A DNA stretch of 64,000 bases from an uncultured bacterium (GCA_903841185.1 CAIMIV010000003.1:773-64772); one strand, 5' to 3'. Counted from the first letter of the stretch, positions 25,602 to 35,704 are shown. Notes: a model not told the origin generated them from the sequence alone. Made by a program: numbers and translations.

Positions 25602-26426
25602 TTATTTCCCGCGAAAAGATCTGAGCAGTTCGATATCATCCATAACTTTTTCGTGTTCAGTTTCCAAAATCATATCGATATTATTTTTTTCTGCGAAAGC
25701 GACAATTTTTTGGAAAGCTTCGGCGCCGATGAGGCCTTCGCCGATGTGGGCATGACGGTCTTTTTTGGAACCACATTCAGTGAGAGAGTCGTTGGCGTGG
25801 ATGAGTTTGATTTTTTCCAAGCCAATTTCTTGGTCAATGCGTTTGAGCGTTTTGGCAAAATCCCGCCAATCATAACCGGAAGCAAAGGAATGCTGGGTAT
25901 CTAGGCAGATGCCGGCAATGTTTTCGTTGGCCACGCCTTTTAGAATATGCGCTAGCTCAGTCAGGTCGTCGCCGATGATGGCTCCCGCTCCGGCGCTGTT
26001 TTCCAGCAGCAGGCGGGCGGAGCCGGTATAGCCCTCCAGCATTTTCTTGAGCATCTCGATGGTTTTTTCCTGCCCTGCCTGTTCTCCCAGGTCTTTGGCA
26101 GAGCCCAGGTGGGTCATGACATACTTGGCGCCCAAGAGACTGGCGCGTTCTAGTTCATCACGCACCACGGAAACGGAGCCGTAGCGGATACGGTTATCGG
26201 CGGAGGCGAAATTGATATAATAGGGCGTATGAACATATACTGCAGAAATTTTGAATTTTGAATTTTGAATTTTGAAAGATTGTAAAATTTCTTTTGTGAG
26301 AGTGGGAGCCTTGCCGCCTTGCGGAGAACGGGTGAAGATTTGAAAACATTCCGCTCCCAAGTCGGCCGCTCTTTGTGGGGCATTAAAAACTCCTTGGGCA
26401 ATTGAGACATGGCAGCCGATGTTCAT
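25602..26426 (-). CDS. nfo: Endonuclease IV
   Basis: IGCHVS, QIF, HTPYYIN, LENSAG, CLDTQH, HANDS, KDRH. Confidence 0.95.
   Translation of the reverse strand: MNIGCHVSIAQGVFNAPQRAADLGAECFQIFTRSPQGGKAPTLTKEILQSFKIQNSKFKISAVYVHTPYYINFASADNRIRYGSVSVVRDELERASLLGAKYVMTHLGSAKDLGEQAGQEKTIEMLKKMLEGYTGSARLLLENSAGAGAIIGDDLTELAHILKGVANENIAGICLDTQHSFASGYDWRDFAKTLKRIDQEIGLEKIKLIHANDSLTECGSKKDRHAHIGEGLIGAEAFQKIVAFAEKNNIDMILETEHEKVMDDIELLRSFRGK
26247..26274. repeat. (AATTTTG)x4 tandem heptamer inside nfo
   Basis: Four perfect copies, translated as FKIQNSKFKI. Confidence 0.85.
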
Positions 26427-26505
26427 AGTATTGTTATTATGTATGTAATACTATTATTCTAGCACAAAATTACAGCGCTAGTTTTTCTTTCTAGAAAAAC
26501 TCATT

Positions 26506-26690
26506 GTGCCATTTTCTTTGACAGCAAAGAAAGTGGCAAAAAGAAACTGCCGGCGCCGGCTTGTGCTGTCTAAATTCTCAGAGTATTTGCTAAAATTCCC
26601 GAAAGACGCTAAAAGGGATTGTTAGTAGGTAATTTCTTAACGCTCATAATCTGGAATTTAGAAACGCACTAACGCCAAGGCGCGGATTTT
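26506..26690. repeat. Structured intergenic element (MITE-like or ncRNA)
   Basis: TGCCATTTTCTTTG-ACAG-CAAAGAAAGTGGCA hairpin plus nested TCTAAATTC...GAATTTAGA stem. Confidence 0.45.
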
Positions 26691-26781
26691 TTTAAAAACT
26701 TTAATTTTGCAGAATGGGAGCGTTTGAAAATTTATACATTGGGAATTCAATGGAAATTGGAAATTGTGAATTGAAAATTGC

Positions 26782-27762
26782 CTAGACTATTTCCCATCCA
26801 TCTTTAGTTTCAACTATTTTGCCTTTGATTTCAAAACCAGAAGCGAGTTTGTGGCCGCCTCCGCCGAACTGCGCGGCAATCTTAGAAACATCCACGCCCT
26901 TGTATTCTTCGCTCCGCAGACTACCTTTGATGATGCCGCCGTCTCTTTCGGACAGCACGAGGGCAAATTTGGTGCCAGGGACGGTGTTGAGGATGCCGGA
27001 GACCTGAGCAATGTCATCTGTGCCGGCTTGGCACTCGGCTAGGTCTTTTTGGGTCAAGACAGAGGTGATCATGCCATTGGCGGGATTGATTTTAGCTTTT
27101 TCGAAAGCCTTGCCCCAGAGTTTGAGAGTGGAGATGCTTTTGTTGGAAAAAGAGTGTTGCACAATCTTGGCTAGGGGGGCGCCTTTTTTCAAGAGTTGAG
27201 AAGCGATTTCCATCACTTTAGGAGTGGTGTTGGAATGTTGAAAAGAACCGGTATCAGACAAGATGCCCATGAGAATCGCAGTAGCGATGGTGCGGTTAAT
27301 AGGAATTTTATGGAAAAGAAAAAAGTCATACACGATTTCACAAACTGAAGAATAAGTGGCATCAATAATATTGATATCTCCTTGGAGCGTGATATCGGGG
27401 TGATGATCTAATAGGGCAATAACTTGATTTTCTTGAAAAGTGGAATGTATTTTATCAAAACCGCGCTCTACGCTGTCGGTGGCAATAACCAAATCATAGC
27501 TAGTCAATTGTAGGTCATCTGGATGGGTAAAATTGTCCTGAGTAAAAGATTCTAAATACGACGGGATGGGATCAAAACAAGCAATATCGACTGTTTTGCC
27601 TAAAGAACGAACATGTTCTTTGAGTGCCAGGACGGAGCCGGTCGTATCACCGTCTGGGCGGGAGTGGGCAAAAAGCAAAATCTTTTTGGATTCCTTGATG
27701 ACAAAATTGAGTGTATTAAATTCTTGCTTGAAGTTTTTCACTAGCGTAGGTGGTAGTAGCAT
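26782..27762 (-). CDS. nrnA: DHH/DHHA1 bifunctional oligoribonuclease/PAP phosphatase
   Basis: HSRPDGD, DHH, SDTGSF, SLRS, GGGGH. Confidence 0.92.
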   Translation of the reverse strand: MLLPPTLVKNFKQEFNTLNFVIKESKKILLFAHSRPDGDTTGSVLALKEHVRSLGKTVDIACFDPIPSYLESFTQDNFTHPDDLQLTSYDLVIATDSVERGFDKIHSTFQENQVIALLDHHPDITLQGDINIIDATYSSVCEIVYDFFLFHKIPINRTIATAILMGILSDTGSFQHSNTTPKVMEIASQLLKKGAPLAKIVQHSFSNKSISTLKLWGKAFEKAKINPANGMITSVLTQKDLAECQAGTDDIAQVSGILNTVPGTKFALVLSERDGGIIKGSLRSEEYKGVDVSKIAAQFGGGGHKLASGFEIKGKIVETKDGWEIV

Positions 27763-27796
27763 TCAGTAAGAAAAAATCATGAGCTACTAAGCGTAG

Positions 27797-28135
27797 CTAC
27801 TGAGTGCTAATATCTTTAAGAAGTTTTTCAATAACATCTGCTTTGGACTCTGTCATATCTGTAATAAATTGCACTTTAGGCAAAGGGCGCATTTGTAGTT
27901 TTTTGTTCAAGGCGCCTTGGATGCGGTAGAGTTCTTTCGTAAGAGTTTTTTCAGCGTAGTTAATTTCCTTTTCAGGAAAAATACTTACGAATATACGAGT
28001 ATAGCGAAGATCGCGGGTGGTGTCAACCTTGGAGACGGTGACAAAGACACCATTCTTAAGCGAGAGTTCTTTGACAATAATCTCGTTGATGTGACTCTTG
28101 ATGAGTTCGTTTATTTTGGAAATTCGTAGGCTCAT
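27797..28135 (-). CDS. rbfA: Ribosome-binding factor A
   Basis: VTVSKVDTTRDL, MRPLPKVQF.D; downstream of infB. Confidence 0.9.
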   Translation of the reverse strand: MSLRISKINELIKSHINEIIVKELSLKNGVFVTVSKVDTTRDLRYTRIFVSIFPEKEINYAEKTLTKELYRIQGALNKKLQMRPLPKVQFITDMTESKADVIEKLLKDISTQ

Positions 28136-28254
28136 AGGAGTTTGAATAATAAGAGTTAATGTATGGAGGAAAAAGTGGATTTAAACAAAATAGTTTCTAG
28201 TTAGCGTATAAACAAGAAACCATTCCATTGGAGTAATAGTGATGAGAGAGAAGA

Positions 28255-30036
28255 TTAGAGAGTTTTCTTTTTGATTTCTTCATAAAAACCAATTAAGCGA
28301 TCACCTTCTTTTATTTTAGTTTCTCCGTCAAAGGTGACGCCGCATTCATGATTCTTGACCACCTCATCCACATCCACTTTGTTTTGTTGCAGATTTTGCA
28401 ACTTCCCTTTGCCGATAACGGTATCATTACGCATTACTTCGATAAGACAATTCTTGGCTATTTTTCCGGAGATAACTTTTCCTCCCACAATCATATCTTT
28501 CTTACCGGTCTTGAAGATAGCCAGCACCTCCATTTTTCCCAGATCAGTTCTTTCAATCGAGGGTGGCAGCATTTCCACGAGCCTGTTCTTGATATCATCA
28601 ATCAGTTCATAAATAATTTTGTAGCTTTTTATTTCCACTTGATTGGCTTCGGCCATTCTTTTGGCTACCGGGGTAGCATCAATATTAAAGCCAAAAATAA
28701 CGGAACTGGAATTTTTAGCCATGCGCACATCCGATTCGGTGATGTTTCCCACGCCAATAGAGATGTAGTTAACGGCGACTTCAGTGGACTTTATGTCAGA
28801 TAGAATCTGTTGAATAGCTTCTAGTGACCCTTGGACATCGGATTTTATAATGACATTGAGTTTTTGTATTTTTTCATCGGCAATCGTTTTATAAATTTTT
28901 TGTGCGGTGATTTCTCCGAATTTGGCACTCTGATTTTTTTCTCCAAAGCGAAGTGATTCCATTTTGGCCAGAGATTTGCCATCTACTACTTGCAAAATGT
29001 CATTAGTATTGGATGTGGTGTTGAGTCCGATAAGACTGATAGGGGTGGATGGTCCGGCTTCCAAGAGTCTTTTGCCGGAGAAATCTTCCATGCGGCGCAC
29101 TCGGCCATAGGCGGATCCGGCGATGATATCTTGACCTTCTTTGAGTGTTCCCGTTTTGATTAAGATGGTAGCGACTGGCCCTTTTTGCGGATCAAGATGG
29201 GATTCCAACACAACTCCCAATGCGTCTCGCTTGAATTCCGCCTTGAAATCTTCTACTTCAGAAAGAAGAATGATATTTTCTAATAATCCATCCACACCAA
29301 TATTTTGTTTGGCACTCACTTCCGAACAGAGAATTTGACCGCCCCAGTCTTCGACGAGGATGCCATTTTCCGCCAGCTCTTGCTTAACTCTTTGAATATT
29401 AGCTTCCGGCTTATCGACTTTATTAATGGCGACAATGGTGGGAATTTTTTTAGTGAGCAGATAGGTAATAACTTCTTTGGTTTGCGGTCGCACGCCATCG
29501 TCAGCGGCAACTACTAGAATTGCGATATCAGCAATAGAAACGCCGCGTTCTCGCATAGCACTAAAAGCGGCATGTCCTGGGGTGTCCACGAAAGTGATGA
29601 GTTGGCCTTTCTTTTTGGCTTGGTAGGCGCTGATGTGTTGCGTGATGCCGCCGGATTCTTTGGCAGCGACGCCGGATTTGCGGATAGTATCCAAAAGAGT
29701 GGTTTTTCCATGATCAACATGACCCAAAATAGTGACAATCGGCGGTCTTTTTTGCAGTTTTTCCCCAGTTTCAGCGTCTTTTTTGATTTGGTCAAGCATT
29801 TTTTCCAGTGTCATCGTCTCGCCGGATTCCACCACTTCTTCTTGGGATTCGAATCCCAAATCTTGAGCAATGATAGAAGCGGTTTCGAAATCAATTTTTT
29901 CGTTGATGGTGGCCAGAATGCCATTTTTCATCAGTTCGGTAATAACAGTTCCCAATGGGAGCTTGAGAATTTCACTGAATTTTCTTACGGTAATGGTGGC
30001 GGGAATAATAAGTGTCTTGTTTTTACTATCTATCAT
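28255..30036 (-). CDS. infB: Translation initiation factor IF-2 (short form)
   Basis: GHVDHGKTTLLD, GGITQHI, DTPGH, NKVD, DVQGSLEA. Confidence 0.97.
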   Translation of the reverse strand: MIDSKNKTLIIPATITVRKFSEILKLPLGTVITELMKNGILATINEKIDFETASIIAQDLGFESQEEVVESGETMTLEKMLDQIKKDAETGEKLQKRPPIVTILGHVDHGKTTLLDTIRKSGVAAKESGGITQHISAYQAKKKGQLITFVDTPGHAAFSAMRERGVSIADIAILVVAADDGVRPQTKEVITYLLTKKIPTIVAINKVDKPEANIQRVKQELAENGILVEDWGGQILCSEVSAKQNIGVDGLLENIILLSEVEDFKAEFKRDALGVVLESHLDPQKGPVATILIKTGTLKEGQDIIAGSAYGRVRRMEDFSGKRLLEAGPSTPISLIGLNTTSNTNDILQVVDGKSLAKMESLRFGEKNQSAKFGEITAQKIYKTIADEKIQKLNVIIKSDVQGSLEAIQQILSDIKSTEVAVNYISIGVGNITESDVRMAKNSSSVIFGFNIDATPVAKRMAEANQVEIKSYKIIYELIDDIKNRLVEMLPPSIERTDLGKMEVLAIFKTGKKDMIVGGKVISGKIAKNCLIEVMRNDTVIGKGKLQNLQQNKVDVDEVVKNHECGVTFDGETKIKEGDRLIGFYEEIKKKTL

Positions 30037-30555
30037 TTAGTTTATTTTTTTAGAGTCATTTAAATTAGCTAGTCGGATAACCTCTTTTTCCTCCTCGGTT
30101 AAGGGATATTTTTCCGATAGGCCGTTGATAAGGGTCTTGGCATAGATTCTGGTTCCTTCTCGCGTATACAAAGAAGAGAGAATTAAACCGGTATTTTTGC
30201 TGTTGAGTAAGGCTAGGGCAAAGCTTTGATCACCGCCCACCTCCTTAAAAGGATTGAATCGCAGCATAGCAAATTTATGTAGACCTTTATGAGAAAGGAT
30301 GTTTATTTGATTGGAGATATTATACAACTCCTGGATGTCTTTGTCTAGGGTTTTGAGCAATTTAGAATGATTAATAATGACATCCTCAATATTTTTTACT
30401 TCATTGCCACTGAAAAAATCAAGACTCCTTTGCTTCAGTTTACCCAGTTCTCTATGGAGAAAAATGGTCCAAATAAAAAGCAGCAAAATAAATACCAGTA
30501 GGATGGTATTAATTAAAACCAAGGATTGGGTAGTTAAGGTTGATATTATGGACAT
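30037..30555 (-). CDS. DUF4446-family membrane protein
   Basis: N-term TM; RFNPF.EVGGDQSFALALL, YAK, LTEEE. Confidence 0.8.
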   Translation of the reverse strand: MSIISTLTTQSLVLINTILLVFILLLFIWTIFLHRELGKLKQRSLDFFSGNEVKNIEDVIINHSKLLKTLDKDIQELYNISNQINILSHKGLHKFAMLRFNPFKEVGGDQSFALALLNSKNTGLILSSLYTREGTRIYAKTLINGLSEKYPLTEEEKEVIRLANLNDSKKIN

Positions 30556-30617
30556 AAAAAAATAGTTAACTTTATTTAAGGCTAGCATTAATAGGCTTTA
30601 GTGTAAAGAAGAATGGG

Positions 30618-30704
30618 CGGAGGGTACAGGATTTGAACTTGTGAGGGAATTTCTTCCCAACCGCATTTCGAGTGCGGCGCATTAGACCACTCTGCCAACC
30701 CTCC
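30618..30704 (-). tRNA. tRNA-Ser(CGA)
   Basis: GGAGGGT/ACCCTCC acceptor; CCGCA-CT CGA AA-TGCGG; long variable arm. Confidence 0.93.
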
Positions 30705-30857
30705 TAAAATATTAATACAAGAAACCTATTACGCGATAGGCCTCATATATAATTTACACTAGTGGGAAGATAATATCAACCAATTCAATTTGTGGAAAAG
30801 AAAAATTTGTTGTAAAATAAAGTTATAAAAAATAACCCCACTTTGGATATGTTAAAA

Positions 30858-31433
30858 ATGGAAGATAATAGTGAAAAAGAGTTTCAAAAAAATCAAGCGT
30901 ACGCGGTTAAATTTATCAAACCGGAGATTATTATTGGAGAGATTGGAATAGCGGAAGGATCGGTGGTGGCGGACTTTGGTTGCGGGGGAGGATATTTTTC
31001 TTTGCCGGTTGCAAAAAAAATCGGAGAAAACGGATTGGTGCATGCGTTGGATATTTTGCCACAAAGCTTGGAGATGATTGCCGGCTATGCTAAAACAATG
31101 GGATTGACTAATATTGTTACCAAAAGAGTGAACTTGGAAAAAGAAGGCGGATCAACCTTGAAAGAGGGGAGTTGTGATTGGGTGATTATGAAAGGCATGC
31201 TTTTTCAAAACAAGGACAAGGGAATGATAGTCAGAGAGGCTCAGCGAGTGCTTAGAGTGGGAGGAAAGATTCTTGTTATCGAATGGGATAATAAGGACTT
31301 TTCCATTGGTCCGGATAGAAGTTTGCGCATACCCAAGGAAGCTTTGTTGGAGATAATTCAGGAAGCAGGCATGAGTGTTTTGAAAGAAATTGCCGTGAGC
31401 GATTTTCATTACGGCCTAGTACTGGTTAAATAG
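30858..31433 (+). CDS. Class I SAM-dependent methyltransferase
   Basis: VADFGCGGG, ALDI, LRVGGKILVIEW, HYGL. Confidence 0.85.
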   Translation: MEDNSEKEFQKNQAYAVKFIKPEIIIGEIGIAEGSVVADFGCGGGYFSLPVAKKIGENGLVHALDILPQSLEMIAGYAKTMGLTNIVTKRVNLEKEGGSTLKEGSCDWVIMKGMLFQNKDKGMIVREAQRVLRVGGKILVIEWDNKDFSIGPDRSLRIPKEALLEIIQEAGMSVLKEIAVSDFHYGLVLVK

Positions 31434-31460
31434 AAAAAATTTATAAATGTATATCGAATT

Positions 31461-32873
31461 ATGAAAAATATAAAAAAAATATCAGTGTTGTTTTTTTTAG
31501 CAATGGCAGCAGTAAGCTTGTCTGGTTGCGGCTGCAAGCAAACAAACCCGAATCCTTATGCGATTAATCTAGAAATATGGGGTCTTTTTGAAAACGATGA
31601 TCCTTATGGAGCAATGTTTGAGGCGTATAAGAAAAAAAATCCGAATGTGCGCAATATCACCTACAAGAAAATGACCACGGATTCCTATCAGAAGGAATTG
31701 ATAGACGCGCTGGCTTCCGGGCAGGGTCCAGATATTTTTTTAGTGCATAATAATTGGATTCCGAGTTTCAAGGATAAGATTTATCCTGCCCCAGCGGACG
31801 TGGTAACGGAGCAAAAAGTGCGTAATGAATTTGTGGATGTGGTAGCAGATGATTTTGTTCTCGACGGAAATATTTATGCTCTGCCTTTGAGTGTGGATTC
31901 GTTAGGGTTGTATTATAATAAAGATCTTTTTAATGAAATTGGTATTACCACTCCGCCTAAGGATTGGGATGAGTTTGTTGCGGATGCCGGGAAATTGACG
32001 AAGTTGGATGTCCAAAGCCAAATCATTCAATCGGGGGCAGCCATGGGAACGTTTACTAATATAAACAGACCTACGGATGTGCTAAACCTGTTGATGCTAC
32101 AGCGTGGCACGGAGATGGTAGATGTGAAAAATCATAAAGCGACTTTTGCTGAATATGCGGGCAGTGGCGGAAAAAGCTCTTCTCCCGGGGAAAACGCTTT
32201 GACTTTCTATACGCAATTTGCGAATCGAAGTGCACAAACCGTGCCCTATACTTGGAACCCAAGATTGCATTATTCCATTGATGCTTTCAGTGAAGGAACA
32301 CTTGGGATGATGTTCAACTATTCTTGGCAAATTGATGTTTTGAACGGAAAAGCGCCGAAGTTGAATTATGCTGTAGCGCCCGTGCCTCAATTTCCTAACA
32401 CTAAACAAGTGAATTTTGCTAATTATTGGGGCTTTGCAGTGGCGAAAACCAGAACACCGGATACGGGAAACATGGATCCGGCTAAGCTGGTCACCAATGA
32501 TATCCGGGCGAAAGAGGCTTGGAAATTGCTGACTTATATGACTACTAAGCAGGACCCGGCACTGGATGCAGCCAATGCTGCCATAAGCAAGATGACAGCC
32601 GAACAGGCTAAATTGGATCCAGCGAAGGATTATATGGAAAAAACCAAGAAGCCGGCGGCCAGAAGAGATTTGTTGGAAACGCAGAAGACGGACGCCGTGT
32701 ATGGAGTTTTTGCATCCGGAAATTTGATCGCCAAAAATTGGTACCAGATTGCACCAGATGCTATTGAGGCTTTGTTTGCCCAGCTGATTACGCAAATAAA
32801 TAATGGCGAGGTGAGTGTGGCGGATGGTCTGCGTTCGGCAGCGGCGGCGGTGACGCAGATGATGGGCAGATAA
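31461..32873 (+). CDS. Extracellular solute-binding lipoprotein (family 1, sugar type)
   Basis: Lipobox LSGC; GPDIF; ALPLSVD.LGLYYNKDLF; PPKDW. Confidence 0.88.
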   Translation: MKNIKKISVLFFLAMAAVSLSGCGCKQTNPNPYAINLEIWGLFENDDPYGAMFEAYKKKNPNVRNITYKKMTTDSYQKELIDALASGQGPDIFLVHNNWIPSFKDKIYPAPADVVTEQKVRNEFVDVVADDFVLDGNIYALPLSVDSLGLYYNKDLFNEIGITTPPKDWDEFVADAGKLTKLDVQSQIIQSGAAMGTFTNINRPTDVLNLLMLQRGTEMVDVKNHKATFAEYAGSGGKSSSPGENALTFYTQFANRSAQTVPYTWNPRLHYSIDAFSEGTLGMMFNYSWQIDVLNGKAPKLNYAVAPVPQFPNTKQVNFANYWGFAVAKTRTPDTGNMDPAKLVTNDIRAKEAWKLLTYMTTKQDPALDAANAAISKMTAEQAKLDPAKDYMEKTKKPAARRDLLETQKTDAVYGVFASGNLIAKNWYQIAPDAIEALFAQLITQINNGEVSVADGLRSAAAAVTQMMGR

Positions 32874-32898
32874 TTTTTTGAAAAATCAAAAGAATAAT

Positions 32899-33462
32899 AT
32901 GAAAAAATGGATGGCAAAAGGATTATTATTAGTGGGGCTGGCTGTTATGGCCGTAGGAATGTTTCATTTCGCATCCAACAGCGCACTAGCTGCGGCAGGT
33001 GAGGCATGTACTATGCCTGATGGGAGCGCTGGCATGCGAAAGGCGGATGGAACGTGTATGGTTGGTGATGGAACAATAACTGGTCCCGTAACAATTGCAT
33101 CTGATTATTCAGGTGGTTTGGTGAAATGTGGAAAGAGCGGAGGTAGTGCCTGCACACTGTGTGATTTAGTGGTGGGCTTTCAGACATTAACCGGCTATCT
33201 GACATCGATTCTAATCGTCATCACTTTAGCAGGCTTGTTTCTCTCCGGGGTGATGTATATTATTTCGGCGGGAGATGAAAGCATGATGACATCGGCGAAG
33301 AACTTTGCCAAAGCCAGTGTGATTGGTTTTACAGTGGTGTTGGGAGCCTGGCTGATTGTGAATGTGACGATGATGTGGGTGATGTCAGCCAAGACTGATT
33401 TAGGGTTAGGATCAGATAAAAATGCGGGCTGGAGCGTGTTTAAATTCAAGTGCACCAAATAA
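32899..33462 (+). CDS. VirB2/TrbC-like pilin with Cys-rich N-terminal domain
   Basis: GLVKCG...CTLCD; GVMYIISAGDE...AK...GFTVVLGAWLIV. Confidence 0.8.
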   Translation: MKKWMAKGLLLVGLAVMAVGMFHFASNSALAAAGEACTMPDGSAGMRKADGTCMVGDGTITGPVTIASDYSGGLVKCGKSGGSACTLCDLVVGFQTLTGYLTSILIVITLAGLFLSGVMYIISAGDESMMTSAKNFAKASVIGFTVVLGAWLIVNVTMMWVMSAKTDLGLGSDKNAGWSVFKFKCTK

Positions 33463-33522
33463 CTAACATCTTAGACAATTTTTGATTAGGCGAGTAATAA
33501 TTTTTTTAAAAAATAAATTAAA

Positions 33523-34278
33523 ATGAAAAAGTATTTTATCAGTGCGAGTGTGGTATTTTTGGTATTAACTTTCAATCTTGTGATTAGTCAGCCGGCGCAG
33601 GCAACCATATGCTGTCAAAGTAGTGCTGGATGCGGCTCTGTTGAGGGCACAACGTGTTCCCCTGGATTTACAAAAGTGGACTGTGCGAGTGCAGGTTGCC
33701 CAGGAACAACTAGTGGTAGTGGCACTTCTGGAGAAGGAACAACTACTAGTAGTGGAGCTACCTTCGTCAACCCAATCAAATTCACCACTGTTTCTGCGGT
33801 AGTGAATGCTCTTATGACAAACTTGCGTGGAATTTTGGTGAGCGTGGCAGTGTTGTTTATTGTCATTGGAGCAATAATGTATATTTTGTCTGCCGGAGAC
33901 GAAAAGAAAATGACCACTGCCAAAGGGACGATTACCGCCGCCATGATTGGCTTGGCGATTGCTTTGGCAGCGCCGTCATTTTTGAGCGAAATTATCACCA
34001 TTCTGGGTGGGAAGAAGGATGGCTTGGATACGACTACTATTTCTGGTGCGATCACATTGAGAGCTATTATTTTGAATACTTTGAATTTTTTGTTGAGCGT
34101 GGTGGGAATATTAAGTCTGATTGGAATGGTTGTGGGCGGTTCGTTCTATCTTACGGCCTATGGAGATGATAAAAAAGCAGAGAATGGTAAGAAGATAATC
34201 ACTGCTTCGGTGATTGGCATTGTGGTGGCTCTAGGAGCCTTGACGATTGTTACTCAAATCGCCAAATTTTTTAAGTAG
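33523..34278 (+). CDS. Tandem double VirB2/TrbC-like pilin with Cys-rich head and S/T/G linker
   Basis: GAIMYILSAGDEKK..AK and GSFYLTAYGDDKK..GKK motifs. Confidence 0.8.
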   Translation: MKKYFISASVVFLVLTFNLVISQPAQATICCQSSAGCGSVEGTTCSPGFTKVDCASAGCPGTTSGSGTSGEGTTTSSGATFVNPIKFTTVSAVVNALMTNLRGILVSVAVLFIVIGAIMYILSAGDEKKMTTAKGTITAAMIGLAIALAAPSFLSEIITILGGKKDGLDTTTISGAITLRAIILNTLNFLLSVVGILSLIGMVVGGSFYLTAYGDDKKAENGKKIITASVIGIVVALGALTIVTQIAKFFK

Positions 34279-34425
34279 AACTCTTGCGTAATAAGTTGCG
34301 TAACCAAAATATGGAAATTGCAGTAGGGAATTATTATGCAAGAGATCTAATAGTGCCAAAAAGAGAAAAGTAGTATATACTGTAAATAGAAGAAAATAAA
34401 AATAAATCTAGATGGGAGGTGCAAT

Positions 34426-34788
34426 ATGAAAAATAAAATTAAAGCTTCTCTGTCTGTAGCGATAGCTGCCTTGATGGCCATTCCAGCGACGGTTTCTTTG
34501 GCTGCCGGTTTTACGCCGCCTACCGGCACGTTGTTACCGGAAGGAACTATTACACAGATTGTTACCGGCATCATGAATTGGCTATTAGTGTTGGTGGGAA
34601 TTTTTGGCGTAATTGGTTTTGCGATTGCTGGTATCCTGTATTTGATTTCCGCCGGTGACGAAACCAAGGCGGAAAAGGCGAAAAATGCTATGCTCTATTC
34701 TATTATTGGTGTGATTGTGGCTATTCTGGGTATGGTAGTGATCAAGGCGGCTCAAACAATGTTGGGCGGACAAGTCACAACCTACTAG
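34426..34788 (+). CDS. VirB2/TrbC-like pilin (possibly the major subunit)
   Basis: Signal peptide; AGILYLISAGDE.KAEKAK..YSIIG; GGAGGTG SD and own terminator. Confidence 0.85.
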   Translation: MKNKIKASLSVAIAALMAIPATVSLAAGFTPPTGTLLPEGTITQIVTGIMNWLLVLVGIFGVIGFAIAGILYLISAGDETKAEKAKNAMLYSIIGVIVAILGMVVIKAAQTMLGGQVTTY

Positions 34789-34896
34789 TTTTAGATACAA
34801 AAAAAGAAACAGTCAGTTATCCACAGGCTGTTTTTTTTTGCTTAAAAAAATAATTGTGGTATAATAAAAACAAGTTTAAATAAATATAAAAAAAAT

Positions 34897-35256
34897 ATGC
34901 AAAGAAAAACCCTGCAGAAAAATATACTAATTTTCCTTACCATTATGGCTATAGGTTATCCCGTGACTTCTTTTGGCGCATGGGCGCTTCCGGGTAATTA
35001 TGGTCTTCCTGTAGGGCATATCACAGATATTATTGAAGGTATATTAAATTGGCTTTTAGTTATCATTGGCCTAGTTTCTATTATTGGATTCGTGATTGCC
35101 GGCGCTAAATATATTTTGGCCATGGGCGATGACAAGGCCGTGGAGTCTGCCAAGAATGCTATGAAAAATTCTATCATCGGAGTAGTAGTAGCTTTATCTG
35201 GCTATGTAATTATTCAAGCAGTGGTATATATGTTAAATGGTTACTCCACGTTCTAA
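34897..35256 (+). CDS. VirB2/TrbC-like pilin
   Basis: AGAKYILAMGDDKAVESAKNAMKNSIIG. Confidence 0.85.
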   Translation: MQRKTLQKNILIFLTIMAIGYPVTSFGAWALPGNYGLPVGHITDIIEGILNWLLVIIGLVSIIGFVIAGAKYILAMGDDKAVESAKNAMKNSIIGVVVALSGYVIIQAVVYMLNGYSTF

Positions 35257-35272
35257 TTTTTTAATAAAAGTA

Positions 35273-35632
35273 ATGTTACAGAAAAATAAATTTTGGCTAG
35301 CTTCTTTTGCTATCTTCATAATGACTCTTCCTGTGATGGTGTGGGGAGCTGACGCAGTCACTGGTATTGATATTCCTACTACAGCTGAAACTGGCTTAAC
35401 TAGTCAATTGATCTACCCTATTGTAGATAAATTCTTTAGCTGGTTATTGAGTGTGATTGGGATTGTGGCATTGATTAGTTTTGTGATTTCCGGAGCCATC
35501 TATATTATGTCTTCAGGTGATGATAAAACTGTGGAAAAAGCTAAGAATGCTATGAAAAATTCCATCATTGGTATAATAATAGTGTTAGGATCGTTCGTAA
35601 TTCTCCAATTCATCGACACGATGTTGCGGTAG
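35273..35632 (+). CDS. VirB2/TrbC-like pilin
   Basis: SGAIYIMSSGDDKTVEKAKNAMKNSIIG. Confidence 0.85.
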   Translation: MLQKNKFWLASFAIFIMTLPVMVWGADAVTGIDIPTTAETGLTSQLIYPIVDKFFSWLLSVIGIVALISFVISGAIYIMSSGDDKTVEKAKNAMKNSIIGIIIVLGSFVILQFIDTMLR

Positions 35633-35662
35633 TTGGTTATTCTGATATTTTTGGAAAAATAT

Positions 35663-35704
35663 AAAAGGCGTTTCTCGAGAATCTCGAGGAACGCCTTTTT
35701 TTTT
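35663..35704. terminator. Bidirectional terminator
   Basis: AAAAGGCGTTTCTCGAGA-A-TCTCGAGGAACGCCTTTT. Confidence 0.8.

Noticed and set aside
32097-32795. 232-aa antisense ORF (likewise 49770-50471)
   Set aside because: Wholly antisense to well-supported genes with no recognisable motif.
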